64,000 nucleotides of DNA, taken from NCBI GenBank assembly GCA_964016885.1, contig OZ024761.1, forward strand, positions 8,618,001-8,682,000. Direction: 5' to 3'. This DNA is from Eledone cirrhosa. Taxonomy: Eukaryota. Position 1 is the first letter of the stretch; every line of letters begins with the position of its first letter. The position numbers and the translations under genes are program-made. This document shows, in pieces, positions 36,907 through 48,044 of the stretch. The notes beneath the pieces are model-generated. The model was not told the origin of the DNA. It made no database searches and was given only the letters and a program-made list of their open reading frames with translations.

Positions 36907-36950
36907 ACCGTCTATGCATTTCAGGCTCAACTGGCCCTCGTCAGGACGGT
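36907..36950 (-). ncRNA. Minimal type I hammerhead ribozyme, canonical core
   Basis: ACCGUC CUGACGA GGGC-CAGUUGA-GCCU GAAA UGCA UA GACGGU: 6-bp stem I, 4-bp stem II, palindromic AUGCAU stem III. Confidence 0.85.
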
Positions 36951-37116
36951 CCCTCCCACCGCTTGCAACTGCCGGACCAGATTCTTTTTTATTATAAGTT
37001 GAGCCAACTTATGCAGCTTCATATGCAAATGAGATTAATCACCTCATTTACATAGATGAGAAAAGTATATATATATCAGCTGTCTTCTAGTCCAGCAGTC
37101 GCAAGCGGTGGGAGGG

Positions 37117-37160
37117 ACCGTCCTGACAAGGGCCATTTGAGCCTGAAATGCATAGACGGT
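37117..37160 (+). ncRNA. Minimal type I hammerhead motif with G8A core change
   Basis: ACCGUC CUGACAA GGGC-CAUUUGA-GCCU GAAA UGCA UA GACGGU. Confidence 0.75.
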
Positions 37161-37829
37161 TGTCCCCCTTGCTTCTGCTGGACATCACCAGAGGGCGTTG
37201 GCCCCTGGTGTTTGCATAGCTACGGCTTCCTAAAACTGTATTTCTTTGGAGATACAAAATATTTATACATATATATATATATATACACATATATAGACAA
37301 GTATAGCCAGACATACATATGAGGGAGTCCAACAGATACCAATTTTGCTTGATGAAGGAATTAATAAAAATCAATTATTCAGAACATAATACAAATTGAT
37401 TTGGGAAACACAAATAAGATAAAAATATATTTATCCATTTACTCAGCAATCCTACTGCAGTTTCATTGAGTAAACCTCAAATTGCCAGGGAACTTTTCAA
37501 GTAAGAAAGAAATTCGTCTGTATTGTCCGCAAGCTGCAATTAATTTAAAACAGGACAATTATCATGTGATTAGTGTCCTACAGAATGGCAGAGCTCTGTG
37601 GACAATAGCAAGTGGAAAGGATGCCAAATATAGCAGTCCGATTCGGCCAAATTCTTTACCCGATTGCAGGGGAGTAATAAACAGATATACTGAAGATACA
37701 TATCATCATCATCATCATTTAACGTCCATCTTCCACACTAGCACGAGTAGGGCAGTCTGTCCCTATGATTCGCTCACACAGAACTGATTTGGGCTTGGTT
37801 TCTACAGCTGGATGCCCTTCCTAACGCCA

Positions 37830-38190
37830 ACCTAAAGTTGTTGTGCTGGTGTCATGATAAAATACACCTAGTACACTCTGTAAAGTTTTAGTGCTGGTGT
37901 CATGATAAAATACACCCAGTACACTTTGTAAAGTGGTAGTGATGGTGTCATGATAAAATACACCCAATACACTCTGTAAAGTTGTAATGGTGGTGTTACA
38001 AAATACACCCAATACACTATGTAAAGTGGTTGGTGTTGGGAAGGGCATCCAACCGTAGAAGTCATGCCAAAATATGGAACATATGAGCAAGACTTGGTTC
38101 TTCAACCCGTCTAGTCTGGGTCCATGACACCTTGTCCAACCCATGCCAACACGAAAACCTGACGAAAAACTGAACGATGCTGCAGGTAGC
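37830..38190 (+). repeat. Four tandem tail modules plus a SINE/RTE-type end
   Basis: GTG(C/A)TGGTGTCATGATAAAATACACC units ~48 bp apart, then GTTGGTGTTGGGAAGGGCATCC. Confidence 0.7.
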
Positions 38191-38210
38191 CAACTTTTGT
38201 GATACATATA

Positions 38211-38455
38211 GTAAAGGCGCGTAACTGAGTGGTTAGAGAATTGGATTCGCAATCGTGACGTTGTGATTTCGATTCCCAGACCGGGCGATGTGTTATGTCC
38301 TTGAGCAAGACACTTTATTTCCCGTTGTTCCTTCTGCCTGGATTTGCGACCGACAGATAGTATTAGCAATTGGAAAGACCAATGGAAACATTGTTTCCTC
38401 GGTCCGATTTGACGAGCTATTGAGGTCTGGGATCTTGTTGATCGACTGTCGATAG
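38211..38455 (+). mobile_element. CORE-type SINE, variant tail
   Basis: TGTCCTTGAGCAAGACACTTTATTTC core; paralogous to 36527-36735. Confidence 0.7.
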
Positions 38456-38468
38456 TTTAAAAATCCAG

Positions 38469-38565
<97 letters not shown>

Positions 38566-38934
38566 ATGTGTAATTACTTCTATGGTCGTTAATTTATTTT
38601 GAATTAACAATATCAATGACCTCAAAGTTATTTATAGATTTTATTTCTTTCCAACACCAAATTACGAGAATCCATTCAAATATAAAGATTACAATAGCAA
38701 CCAAAAATAGCACAACAGCGATAATCAATAATTATTCTCTGTAGTGATTCGTTAAATTCGTTTCAGCTGCGGTCGCCAGGTTGGTATTTTGTATCAACTC
38801 ATTTGAGGTCAGCTACATGTGATATATATACGTATATGACGACTGTTTTGATTTGTATAGTTCATTTTTTAGTTTAAGTAGATTTTTTTTATTTTCCTTG
38901 AGTTTTGTTCATTGGTAAAGAGAAAAGTTATGCA

Positions 38935-39516
38935 ATGTCAGAATCCGACCCGTTGTTGTTTAGGGATCGCAGTTCCTCGCTCAAACTTAAGAATACTCCT
39001 CCTTCGATAATACTCAGCGACGAGCACCGAACATCCAAGTGGAAAACGAAGACCTCTTGTTTTGCTATTTTAATTGTAGAGGCCTGTGAACGAATTGCTT
39101 TCTACAGTCTTTTAGGAAACTTGGTGCTTTTTCTGAATGAGAAACCCCTCCGCTGGAATGCTTACAATGCCTCGTCCCTTTCCTTCTATTTTCTAGGTCT
39201 ATCCTTCATCACATCGCTGTTGGGTGGTCTTATCGCCGACACCCTACTCGGACGATTCAAAGGCCTCTTATTTTCCTTTTTCATCTATATCCTCGGCTAT
39301 TTCTTCCTTCTGTTCGTCTCGTCACCTATCCGTGACGATGGTAAACCAAACATTTTTTTCAACTTCTGTTCAAACAAAACCCTCAACAGCTCAACCCCTA
39401 ACTTTCCGAGCGTTTTTGAGGAAAACTGTGCCGTTCCCATTTTCTTGATTTTAAGCACCACGGCCCTTGGTATAGGATTTTTCAAAGCTAACATCATTCC
39501 TTTTGGTGCTGACCAG
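38935..39516 (+). CDS. SLC15A4: POT/PTR2 (SLC15) proton-coupled peptide/histidine transporter, SLC15A4-like, coding exon 1
   Basis: ATG 38935; N-terminal acidic dileucine ESDPLL; ExxERxxxY motif EACERIAFY; GGLIADTLLGR; ends KANIIPFGADQ then GTAAGT donor (phase 0). Orthology within SLC15A3/4/5 not resolvable by eye. Confidence 0.92.
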
Positions 39517-39875
39517 GTAAGTCTCATAACTTGCAATGTTTTTTGTTTTTTTTGAGGGAGTGTGGGCGAGGTTTAGGAAGTGGTAGATTGGAATGTAAAC
39601 AATGAAATCAATATTTTCCAACATTCTTCGTAAGTCAACTGTTAAACACACGCACACACACACATATATTTATTAAAATAATAGATTAAAGTTTAAAGAA
39701 AGAATCGCTGCTTTCACCCATAACGGGATCTTCTGAAACTGAGTTTTTATATATTTGATATATATTATCCTTATGGAGCCCTCTTCGGATTTTAGTCTCA
39801 CATTTTTTAAATTATTACTATATATATTTAATTATTACTATATATATAACAAATTCAAAAACGAAATATATATAT

Positions 39876-40060
39876 CCGGGAGCTTCCAACCGACATGGTT
39901 GCATTCTTTAAGGGTATGTCAATATTTGTTTATAAAACTGATCTATATTATATTTCATCTAATGAAAGCGCACCATAATTTGCTTTGGTGTCCTTGAAAT
40001 ATGTATAATGAAATAAATATGGTTTTATAAATATAGTTTCCATTTGTTAATATATTGTAT
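39876..40060 (+). mobile_element. ~185-bp hammerhead-bearing repeat next to (TA)n; second copy at 52839-53021 (-)
   Basis: The two copies are near-identical reverse complements over their length. Confidence 0.75.
39951..40015 (+). ncRNA. Type I hammerhead motif with G5A core change
   Basis: UAUUUCAU CUAAUGA AAGCGCACCA..UGGUGUCCUU GAAA UAUGUA UA AUGAAAUA; perfect 8-bp stem I. Confidence 0.7.
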
Positions 40061-40226
40061 TTTTACTCCAAAAATTTGTTGAGTGCTTTATATCATTTAT
40101 AAAAATATTTGCTTGTTGTATCCCAACAAATTAAATATAACTTCTACACACACATATATATATATATATAAAGATCGAAATTAAGAGTATTCTGCAGTTC
40201 ACTGTAAATATATATATATATAGCCA

Positions 40227-40277
<51 letters not shown>

Positions 40278-40949
40278 TAGATAGGAAAATGTTAGACCCC
40301 GACGGCTATTTCTGGACATATATATAATATATATATTTATTAAAATAACAGATTAAAGTTTAAGCAAAGAATCGCTGCTTTCACCCTTAACGGGTGATAT
40401 ATATTTATCCTTATCGAACCCTCTTTGGATTTTAGTCTTCAAATTTTTATTATTACTATATATATATATTCAATCCATTTGTTTCGAGTAACGTTTAAGG
40501 GTGAAAGCAGCGATTCTTTGCTTAAACTTTAATCGAAACAAATGGATTGGAAATTCACCATATCTTCTCAAAAGAAATGATAGCCAGAAAAGTTTATAGA
40601 GAACTGTCAAGAAATGTTTGAAACCAGAATAGAGAAATTGTAGAAACTGAATTTCATAGCGGCGATAACAGAAAGTTCAGTTAAGATATAGAGCGAAATA
40701 CAAAATAGACCAGCTGATAATTATATAAAAGAGTATATAGAAGTGGAAATTAATTAATTTGTCTGGGATATAAATATTTGTTTACATTTTCGCATACTTG
40801 AATATAACTGAACTGTCGTACCATTTAATTTACACAAACTCACAATTTCTGATTTTACTGTGGATTTACCCATGCGAAATATTACACAAACTGACAGCCT
40901 TAAATTTTGTACTTTTAACGTTTGTTATTTCCTTCTCTTTGCATGTCCA

Positions 40950-43900
40950 TTGCTCTTTCTCTTCCACTGTATTTACCTGCCTCTCACATGACCACACTCC
41001 TCTCTACGCACTCATAATCTTCTCCCTCCTTCTCCACTTTCTATCCCTCTCTCTGTTACCCCTTACTTCGTCCTCGCGCACAGCCCACCTATCTCTTCGT
41101 TCAACCCATTGGTGGCCCTATGTTTCGATCGAACTATCATCGGCGATTGCCGATTGATAAAGTTGCCGCCACTTTAACTCTAGGTGGCGGTAGCATGCGT
41201 CGAACGACCAAGAGACCTGCTTGGTGGAACGACTAATGTGACAACCGGTCAGCCTTCGACCTCTCATTCTCCACCAACTTCGGCACGCACGAGAGGGGCT
41301 AACTTGTCCCCCCCCCCCCCCCCAGATTCCGAGCGAATTCAACCCGGCCAACCCCACCACCCCTACAACGGTTAGCCCACCACCCAACCTCCGCTCTAGT
41401 CCAACCGTTAGAACCACTGCTGCCTCCTTTACTGACTCACTCCCTCCACCGAATTCCAACGCTGGCCCTCTACTGCCGACTGCTGCCAGCCCACCACCTG
41501 TTTGCACACTCTGTGCCCGCACTAGCCGGTACTTAAAGACAATTAAATGTCACCCATACCACGCAAGCTACCACAGAAGCTGTGTCGGCATCACCAAAGC
41601 TCAAGCTGAAAGGCTTCAACATTGGACCTGTAATCAGTGCCACTTCAGTTTCGACGTATTCCGTGGGGATGCCCCACGCTTCGATGACCAACTCTCTACC
41701 GAGGACTTTGGCACAGCCCTCCAGGGTTTCTCCAAATCAAAGCTCGTTAACCGGATCCTGGAATAGCTTTGTACGTGCCCTCTCTAATTCATTGAAAAAC
41801 GTTTGCTCGTCCAACAATAGGTCTGACTGGCAGAAATTGTTTTTGTTTCCCCACATCTCTCTTCACGTGCACAATGCGAATTCGGGTTCCCTCACGTCCT
41901 CTCTCAAGTGGCAGTTCCAGCTGTTTGAGTCCACCCCAACCACTTAGTTCGACATGGAGCTCGGTGTCCACCAACAGACAACCGGTAGACTTCAAGCGAG
42001 CGGTCAATGCCAAATTCAGCGAATTTGACATTAAAGGGGCTGTCAGTCTCCTCTCTTCTCTATCCTCCCTTGCTCCGTGCAACTCTGATTCTCTTGAGCG
42101 ACTGAAAGAGAAGCACCCATCGGCACCTCCAGATGATCAGCTACACTGGCCCGAACCACCAGAATACTCGAGACCGGTTCACACCACCAATATTATTAGA
42201 AAGGCGATTTCATCCTTCCCTGCTGGGTCAGACACGGGAATTGACGGCTTTCGTCCTCAACACCTCAAGGACGGTATCTCCTTATCGGCCGGTGACGCCG
42301 GACTCGAGCTCTTGGTGAGTCTGATTCAGTGAATGTTCTCCCGTTCATCCGCCAACTGTTCTTCGGTGCGAAGCTATTTGGTCTCACCAAGCTCAACGGA
42401 GACCTGCGCCCCATTGCGGCTGGCTGCACCCTTCGCCGCCTCACTGCAAAGGCGTGTTTGCTGTTGGTCTCCGACTCACTGGCGGAGGAATTCTCCCCCA
42501 TCCAGCTGGGGGTGGGTACCAAGTTGAGATGTGAGGCTGCTGTCCACGCTACAAGAGCATTTACCAACTTGCCTTCCACGTCCCCCAAGCTCATCCTCAA
42601 ACTTGACCTCAGGAACACTTTTAACTCCGTCAGCCGCGACGTCATCCTCGGCTCAGTAAGAGAGAGGGTACCACAACTCTATCACTTTGCTTGGCAGGCT
42701 TATCAGGAGACCTCCTACCTCTCTTTCGGTAACCAAATCACCTCTGCCTCAGGAGTCCAAAAGGGTGACCCACTCGGGCCCGCTCTGTTTGCACTGGGCA
42801 TTGATGATGTCACCAAGATGGGGTTTGAGTTGGACCTCAATGTCTGGACCTCAATGTTTGAGGGGAACTCCAGATATGGTTCTCGCCACTGCCAACAAGA
42901 TGGTTGAGAAGCTTAGCTGCTGGGGTCTCCAGGTCAATAGCTCCAAATGTGAGCTCTGGATCCTCAACCACCCAGCTTCTCAACACCAACAGCTAATTGA
43001 CCTGTTTGCAGAGTCCTTCCCTACCATCGCGGTCCCTCCCCTATCAGCTTGGTGCTCCTTAGGAGCCCCAATCACAGACTTTGCCTTCGAGGAGTCAATC
43101 GAAGATCGTTGGCCTTGAGCAGCTGCTGAAGAATATTGAAGTTATTGAACCCCATCAAGGTTTCTTCATGCTCAGGAACTACCTATCTATTCCTAAGCTT
43201 CTGTATCTGCTCAGGGTCAGCCCCTCACACAGATTTCCGTCCTGCCTCCAACGCTTCGACGACCGAATCTTCGAGAGACTCGAGTGCCTGGTCAATGTTA
43301 CACTCTCTCCAGAGTCCTGCAATCAGGCTGCGTTGCCCAAGCGATTTGGGGGTCTTGGTCTTCGTAAGTGTTTGTCCCTCTCTCTCCCCTGCTTCCTTTC
43401 CTCCACCCACGCTTGCTCCACCCTGGTGAGCAGCATCCTCTCCTCTCCAACATGGACTAGTTCCAACAGGGAGTTGGGTGAAGCTCTCCAGCAATGGAGT
43501 GAGTTGGGCTTGTCACTTCCTGAGAAGGTGGAGGACAGTCGAAGTCAGAGAACTTGGGACAGCAAATGTTCGAAGGCCACCTTCGACTCCCTCTTCGTCC
43601 AGTCAGATCAGTTTGCAAGGTGCCGCTGACTATCTGCCAATGCCAAATACCTAGGCGACTGGGTTGATGCCCCACCCGTGGCCAACGTCGGTGGCCTACT
43701 CAGCCTGGACGAACTTCGTGTCTCCATCACCCTCAGAGTGGGAGCTGACGTCTGCATGGGTTTGAGGTGTCGATGCAGCAAACTCCTCGACTCCACAGTC
43801 TTTCTTGCCGCCTGAATGCCAGCCGCTTCGCACGTCACACGGAGCTAAACCTCATTCTGAAGAGAGCTTTAGCCCGGGCGAATATCCCCTCAGTCTTGGA

Positions 43901-44405
43901 ACCATCTGGGTTGTCCAGAAGTGACGGCAAAAGACCTGACGGCCTTACCCTGTGCTCCTGGTCGAGAAGCAGGTGCCTTGTCTGGGAGTCACTGTTAGTG
44001 ACTCTTTTGCTCTCTCCCACACTTGGATGCTGCGGTTAGGACGAGAGCCACAGCTTCCGCAGCCGAGCGGAGTACGACCCTCAAATACTCTGATCTGTCG
44101 GCCAGCTACATTTTTCAGCCTGTGGTTTTCGAGATGTTTGGGGGAGTCGGGCCGCTGACTGCGAGGTTCCTCTCTTCACTGGCGGCTCGCCTAATAGAGG
44201 TAACTGGCGAATTTCGCGAGAGCGCTTGGCTGTTTTAGCGTATCAGCCTCGCCATCACCCGAGGCACCGCTACAAGTGTGCTGGCTTGCCTCAAAAGTCA
44301 TTAGAGAGGTTGCCCAGTACCCCTCGTTGCTGTCTTTTGCTCTGGTCTTGGCTCCGTTGTTCACCCCTTCCTTTACATTTTCTTTAATATTGTAACATTA
44401 AAAGA
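40950..44405 (+). mobile_element. CRE-clade non-LTR retrotransposon (PHD-like finger, RT, restriction-like endonuclease), frameshifted
   Basis: GFRPQHLKD, LRPIAAGCTLRRL, QLGVG..CEAAVH, LKLDLRNTFNSV, GVQKGDPLGP, LP.RFGGLG, RH..LN, DGKRPDGLT; ORF ends near 44304; element ends approximate. Confidence 0.88.
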
Positions 44406-44617
44406 ATATATCTTTCTGAATGAATCGCGAGCTATTTATAATGTTGTCTAAGCATTTGTAATGTTATTTATGTATATATTTAAAACATATTTGTTATGTT
44501 ATTCTACCGTAAATTTATTCATATGCTCTGTTTATATTTTCATTCTGAAAGAATTGCAAACGATTTGTAATGTTGTTTATACAACTGTGAATAAAATATT
44601 TGTAATATGGCTTAGTA

Positions 44618-44952
44618 TGGAGGCTCATGGCTTAGTGGTTAGAGCATTGGGCTTGCAATCGAAAGGTTGTGAGTTCAATTCTCAGACCGGGTGATGTGTT
44701 GTTTCCTTGAGCAAGACACTTTATTTCACATTGCTCCAGTTTACTCAGTTGTAGAAATGAGATGATAGGGACTGGGGTCCCTATCATTCCACTGCAAAGT
44801 GGTCGTGGAAGTGCCACGGCAAAAAAGACACCCAGCACTCACTGTAAATGAGGTTGGTGTTAGGAAGGGCATCCAGCTGTAGAAATCAAGCCAAAATCAG
44901 TTCCCATCCCACCCTTGCAAGCAGGGAAAAGCGGACGTAAAATGATGATGAT
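44618..44952 (+). mobile_element. Full-length tRNA-derived CORE-type SINE with RTE-derived 3' tail
   Basis: A-box TGGCTTAGTGG, B-box GAGTTCAATTC, core CCTTGAGCAAGACACTTTATTTC; tail nearly identical to the RTE end at 22137-22194. Confidence 0.88.
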
Positions 44953-45345
44953 ATAATTATATATATATATAAAATAACATAAATTAAATATTTTGAAACT
45001 TAACTGCTTAGTCCTTAAAGGGAAAAATTTTTTCTGCATAAATTACTCCCCTTTATCTCTCCCTCTCTTTAATCATCTATCAGTTGCCTTCATAAACTGT
45101 AATAAAATTATAATTCCAGAGATGTCTTCCTCGATAATCATAATTTGTAGTATCCCACATTTTAAAATCTCTATAACTGTTACTTTAAAGCAACGTTTTT
45201 CTTACTCATACCTTCTCTATTAATTTATTACGTTTTCGCATTTTCTCTTTATTAGGGTATAAATGTTGAGTTTTCTCATAGGTTAATCACTACCTTGATT
45301 AAATCTTAACCATTTAACATCTCAGGGTCTGTCATGTATCATTAT

Positions 45346-45398
45346 ATTTTGTCTGATGAGGACGTACTGTTGTACCTCTGAAATATGTATAATAAAAT
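45346..45398 (+). ncRNA. Minimal type I hammerhead ribozyme, canonical core
   Basis: AUUUUGU CUGAUGA GGACGUAC-UGUU-GUACCUCU GAAA UAUGUA UA AUAAAAU; TATAAA ~90 bp upstream and AATAAA at 45391. Confidence 0.8.
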
Positions 45399-45667
45399 TT
45401 AAATGATCAAAAGAAAATCTATTTTATTAATATTTATATTTTAATATTAATAACTCTGGAAAATATTTTTTACAGTAGAGTGCTTCCAATCTACTGTAAA
45501 ACTTATTCTTTGATGTACTCATTGAATCTTGTTTAACTCTTTAATATATATATACATATATATATATGATGGCTAAATATATATAAACTTGAATCAACTG
45601 AATATGGCCTCCGATCTTTTATTAATATATATATATTGTTATACTTTGGGAGGATCATGTTGCCCAT

Positions 45668-45990
45668 AAAAACACACGCACCAGTTGGTTTTCAGTTCAA
45701 TTTATTATAAATTTCCAGTTAGTTGGTTCAATAACCAGAAGCTTGTCTATATAGTGTCAAAGCTCTTTCATCACACACTCTGTGACTTCAGTGACTAGGT
45801 TTTTATTTTGTGTGTCTCCTTTGCTCTGTCCGACACCATCTTGTTTTTGTGTTTAGTTTGTGCATGTGTTACATCCGGGTGTGTGTGTTTTTATTCATTT
45901 ATGTGTTTATTTATTTGTCACTAGTTAGTTGTTTGTTCTATCTGTGTGTGTCTGATTTGTTTTGTTAGTTTGGTTTAAATTTATAATAAA
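45668..45990 (-). mobile_element. Penelope-like element 3' end (GIY-YIG C-terminal remnant, degenerate hammerhead, AATAAA)
   Basis: Minus strand TTTATTATAAATTTAAACCAAACTAAC resembles FIxKFKPxLN with frameshifts; hammerhead with a core deletion at 45756-45795 (GUCA CUGAA GUCAC..GUGAU GAAA GAGC UU UGAC). Confidence 0.6.
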
Positions 45991-46482
45991 CTAGACCACC
46001 CGTGACAGTTGAGTCACGTTCAATTCAAATTATTTAAAAATAATCATGTTTAGTTAAATATAATTTTTAAATAAGAGAACATAAAGGACAGACTGGATCG
46101 GTTCACAGAGGTTACTTCCGATGATCTGATTAAGCTAACATCGTATTTAAAATTGAGTGGCACTGCTTCTAGTGTTCAGCAATTTTTAGACAACTTAATC
46201 AGTGAAACAATTGTCAGACTAAATAAATCCCTTTTTTTTGTACTGTTGACCATGTTATTCTTCACTTTTTCAATTTTATGTATCATCATCATCATCATCA
46301 TATATAATAAAAAAGAAAACATTTTCGCTCTACATGGCTGAATACAATAAATGTAATCTGAGTTTTTCGAATATTAATAATAACATTCGATTCGTTTGCA
46401 ATTATGCAAACAAGCGTCAATTTTATAGCCATGTCAGTAGAATGAACCCTTCATTCTTGCTCTTGTGTTGGCATGTGAACAG

Positions 46483-46530
46483 AACTGCAGACACTAATGT
46501 TTCTGGGTATCACCCTTCATCAGTACAACT
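46483..46530 (-). ncRNA. Type I hammerhead ribozyme with GUC cleavage triplet
   Basis: AGUUGUA CUGAUGA AGGGU-GAU-ACCCA GAAA CAUUAGUG UC UGCAGUU; wobble-rich stem I, A.A mismatch at the base of stem II. Confidence 0.72.
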
Positions 46531-46669
46531 CACTGTTCACCTGCTAAACTGTCAGAGCTAGTGAAAATATATGATATTTTCAAAAATACACAGTGACTGA
46601 TCGGCCAGATTTGCATATTAGCAGATCCACTGATCAGCCAGATTTGCATATTAGCAGACTGGCCGATCA

Positions 46670-47145
46670 AGACAGACCTGCATAAATCCTGATCAGGTGG
46701 CATGACCACTTTGATGAGCTCCTTAACAGACCATCAGAAATTGATGATGAGTTCCGGTCAATTCCATCCAGACCTACAAAGCTGGCAATGGCTGATCCTC
46801 CTTCATTTGATGAGGTGACGAAGGCCATTGCCAAATTAAACAGCGGCAAGTCACCTGGAATGGATGGACTGAGTGCCGAGATTTTCAAGTGGGCTGGTGA
46901 TAACTTCTTAAACCGCCTCACTGATCTCTTTGTGAATGTTTGGAATGAAGATGTGCCACAGGACTGGAAAGATGCATTGATGGTGGTACTTTACAAAGGA
47001 AAGGGAGCCAAAGATGACTGTGGCAACTACAGAGGTATCTCGCTGCTATCTGTGGCTGGGAAGATCTTGTGCAGGATTTTGTTGGACAGATTTATACAGC
47101 ACATTGCTGTTGAGGTACTTCCTGAGTCCCAATGTGGCTTCCGAC
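46670..47145 (+). mobile_element. RTE-clade (BovB-like) RT N-terminal fragment
   Basis: RWHDHFDELLN, GKSPGMDG, NYRGISLLSVAGKI, LPESQCGFRP. Confidence 0.85.
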
Positions 47146-47283
47146 CACAACACCGCTACCACAACATAATCAACAAAAACACTATCAAACTCTCCTACAG
47201 CACCATACCCAACCTTCACACAAAACATCGCCTCCTCAAACAACAAGAAACTCAACTCCTATGGAAGAAACAACCTAGACATT
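47146..47283 (+). mobile_element. Penelope-like RT-to-endonuclease linker fragment
   Basis: HRYHNIINKNTIKLSYSTIPNL resembles the PLE motif HKIFNRNTVKxSYSCMPN. Confidence 0.55.
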
Positions 47284-47334
47284 AGTGGAGAGTCTATATA
47301 CATATATATACATATATATATATGTATATATAGT

Positions 47335-47526
47335 AGAGAGTATGACCCCGACAGCAGAACTCAAGCCGTTTCGACGGTTATTTCTGGAGTCCAGAAATAG
47401 CCGTCGAAACGTCTTGAGCTCTGCCGTCGGGGTCATACTCTCTCCTATTACCCACTCTACTACCCTAAGTATTGAGTACTCTGGTGCGTTATGGTCCATC
47501 TGGTTCCTTACCACAACTTCTCCGTT
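47335..47526. repeat. Palindromic repeat (54-bp arms, 47335-47443) plus conserved tail, within (TA)n
   Basis: Self-complementary about position 47389; related copies at 52541-52709 and 40285-40317. Confidence 0.85.
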
Positions 47527-47543
47527 ATATGTATATATATGTA

Positions 47544-48032
47544 CAGGGTGCGGACGATTTGTTTGCAAGATTACTGTTTACGAAAAAATAACACAGTAGT
47601 TTTATTTTTTAAGATTTATTTATCAAACTTGGGTCAGTTTGTCTTCATGACTTGTTCTTTTGATCTCACTCGATAAACCTGCCATTGGCTTTGATGACGG
47701 CCTCAAGGCAGCCTTGGAACCAGCTACAATGTTGTCGCTGGAAACTTTGTCTGCATGACTCTGGGCACGTCTTTGGATGAGACAGCGAGCCACCTGTTGT
47801 TCTGGGGGTTGATCTACTGGTCTTATTTGTCCTCCCGGCGCGGATTCCAAGAAGAACTCTGTGTCTCTTCCACAAATTTGGAGGTTCAAAATTATTCATA
47901 ATCAATTATTCTGAAAATAAATAATGGAAATATAGTCACTGTTTTTATGAAGACAAGAGTGACAAGGGAAGTAAAAAAAATTTTCATAAAATTAGTAGTT
48001 GAAAATTGCGAGCAAATATCGTCCTCACCCTG
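47544..48032 (-). mobile_element. Internally deleted Tc1/mariner element
   Basis: TA TSDs; TIR CAGGGTG(C/A)GGACGAT; transposase C-terminal remnant FQGCLEAVIKANGRFIE*. Confidence 0.82.
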
Positions 48033-48044
48033 TATATGTATATA

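Larger units (their letters stand above)
36785..37272. repeat. Long inverted repeat (~190-bp arms, ~104-bp spacer), Penelope-like pLTR-type, one hammerhead per arm
   Basis: 36785-36981 is the reverse complement of 37086-37272 with few mismatches and a poly-G expansion. Confidence 0.9.

Noticed and set aside
38905-38934. ORF-track start at 38905 and read-through to 39555
   Set aside because: The start is a TTG; the first in-frame ATG is 38935 and the exon ends at the GTAAGT donor at 39517.
44618-44700. tRNA gene (also the other A/B-box hits)
   Set aside because: Runs directly into a SINE core and tail, so it is a tRNA-derived SINE head.
46788-47285. Continuous 165-aa RTE/Penelope fusion ORF
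   Set aside because: Both parts are short fragments; an in-frame junction has about a 1-in-3 chance; no evidence of a functional chimera.
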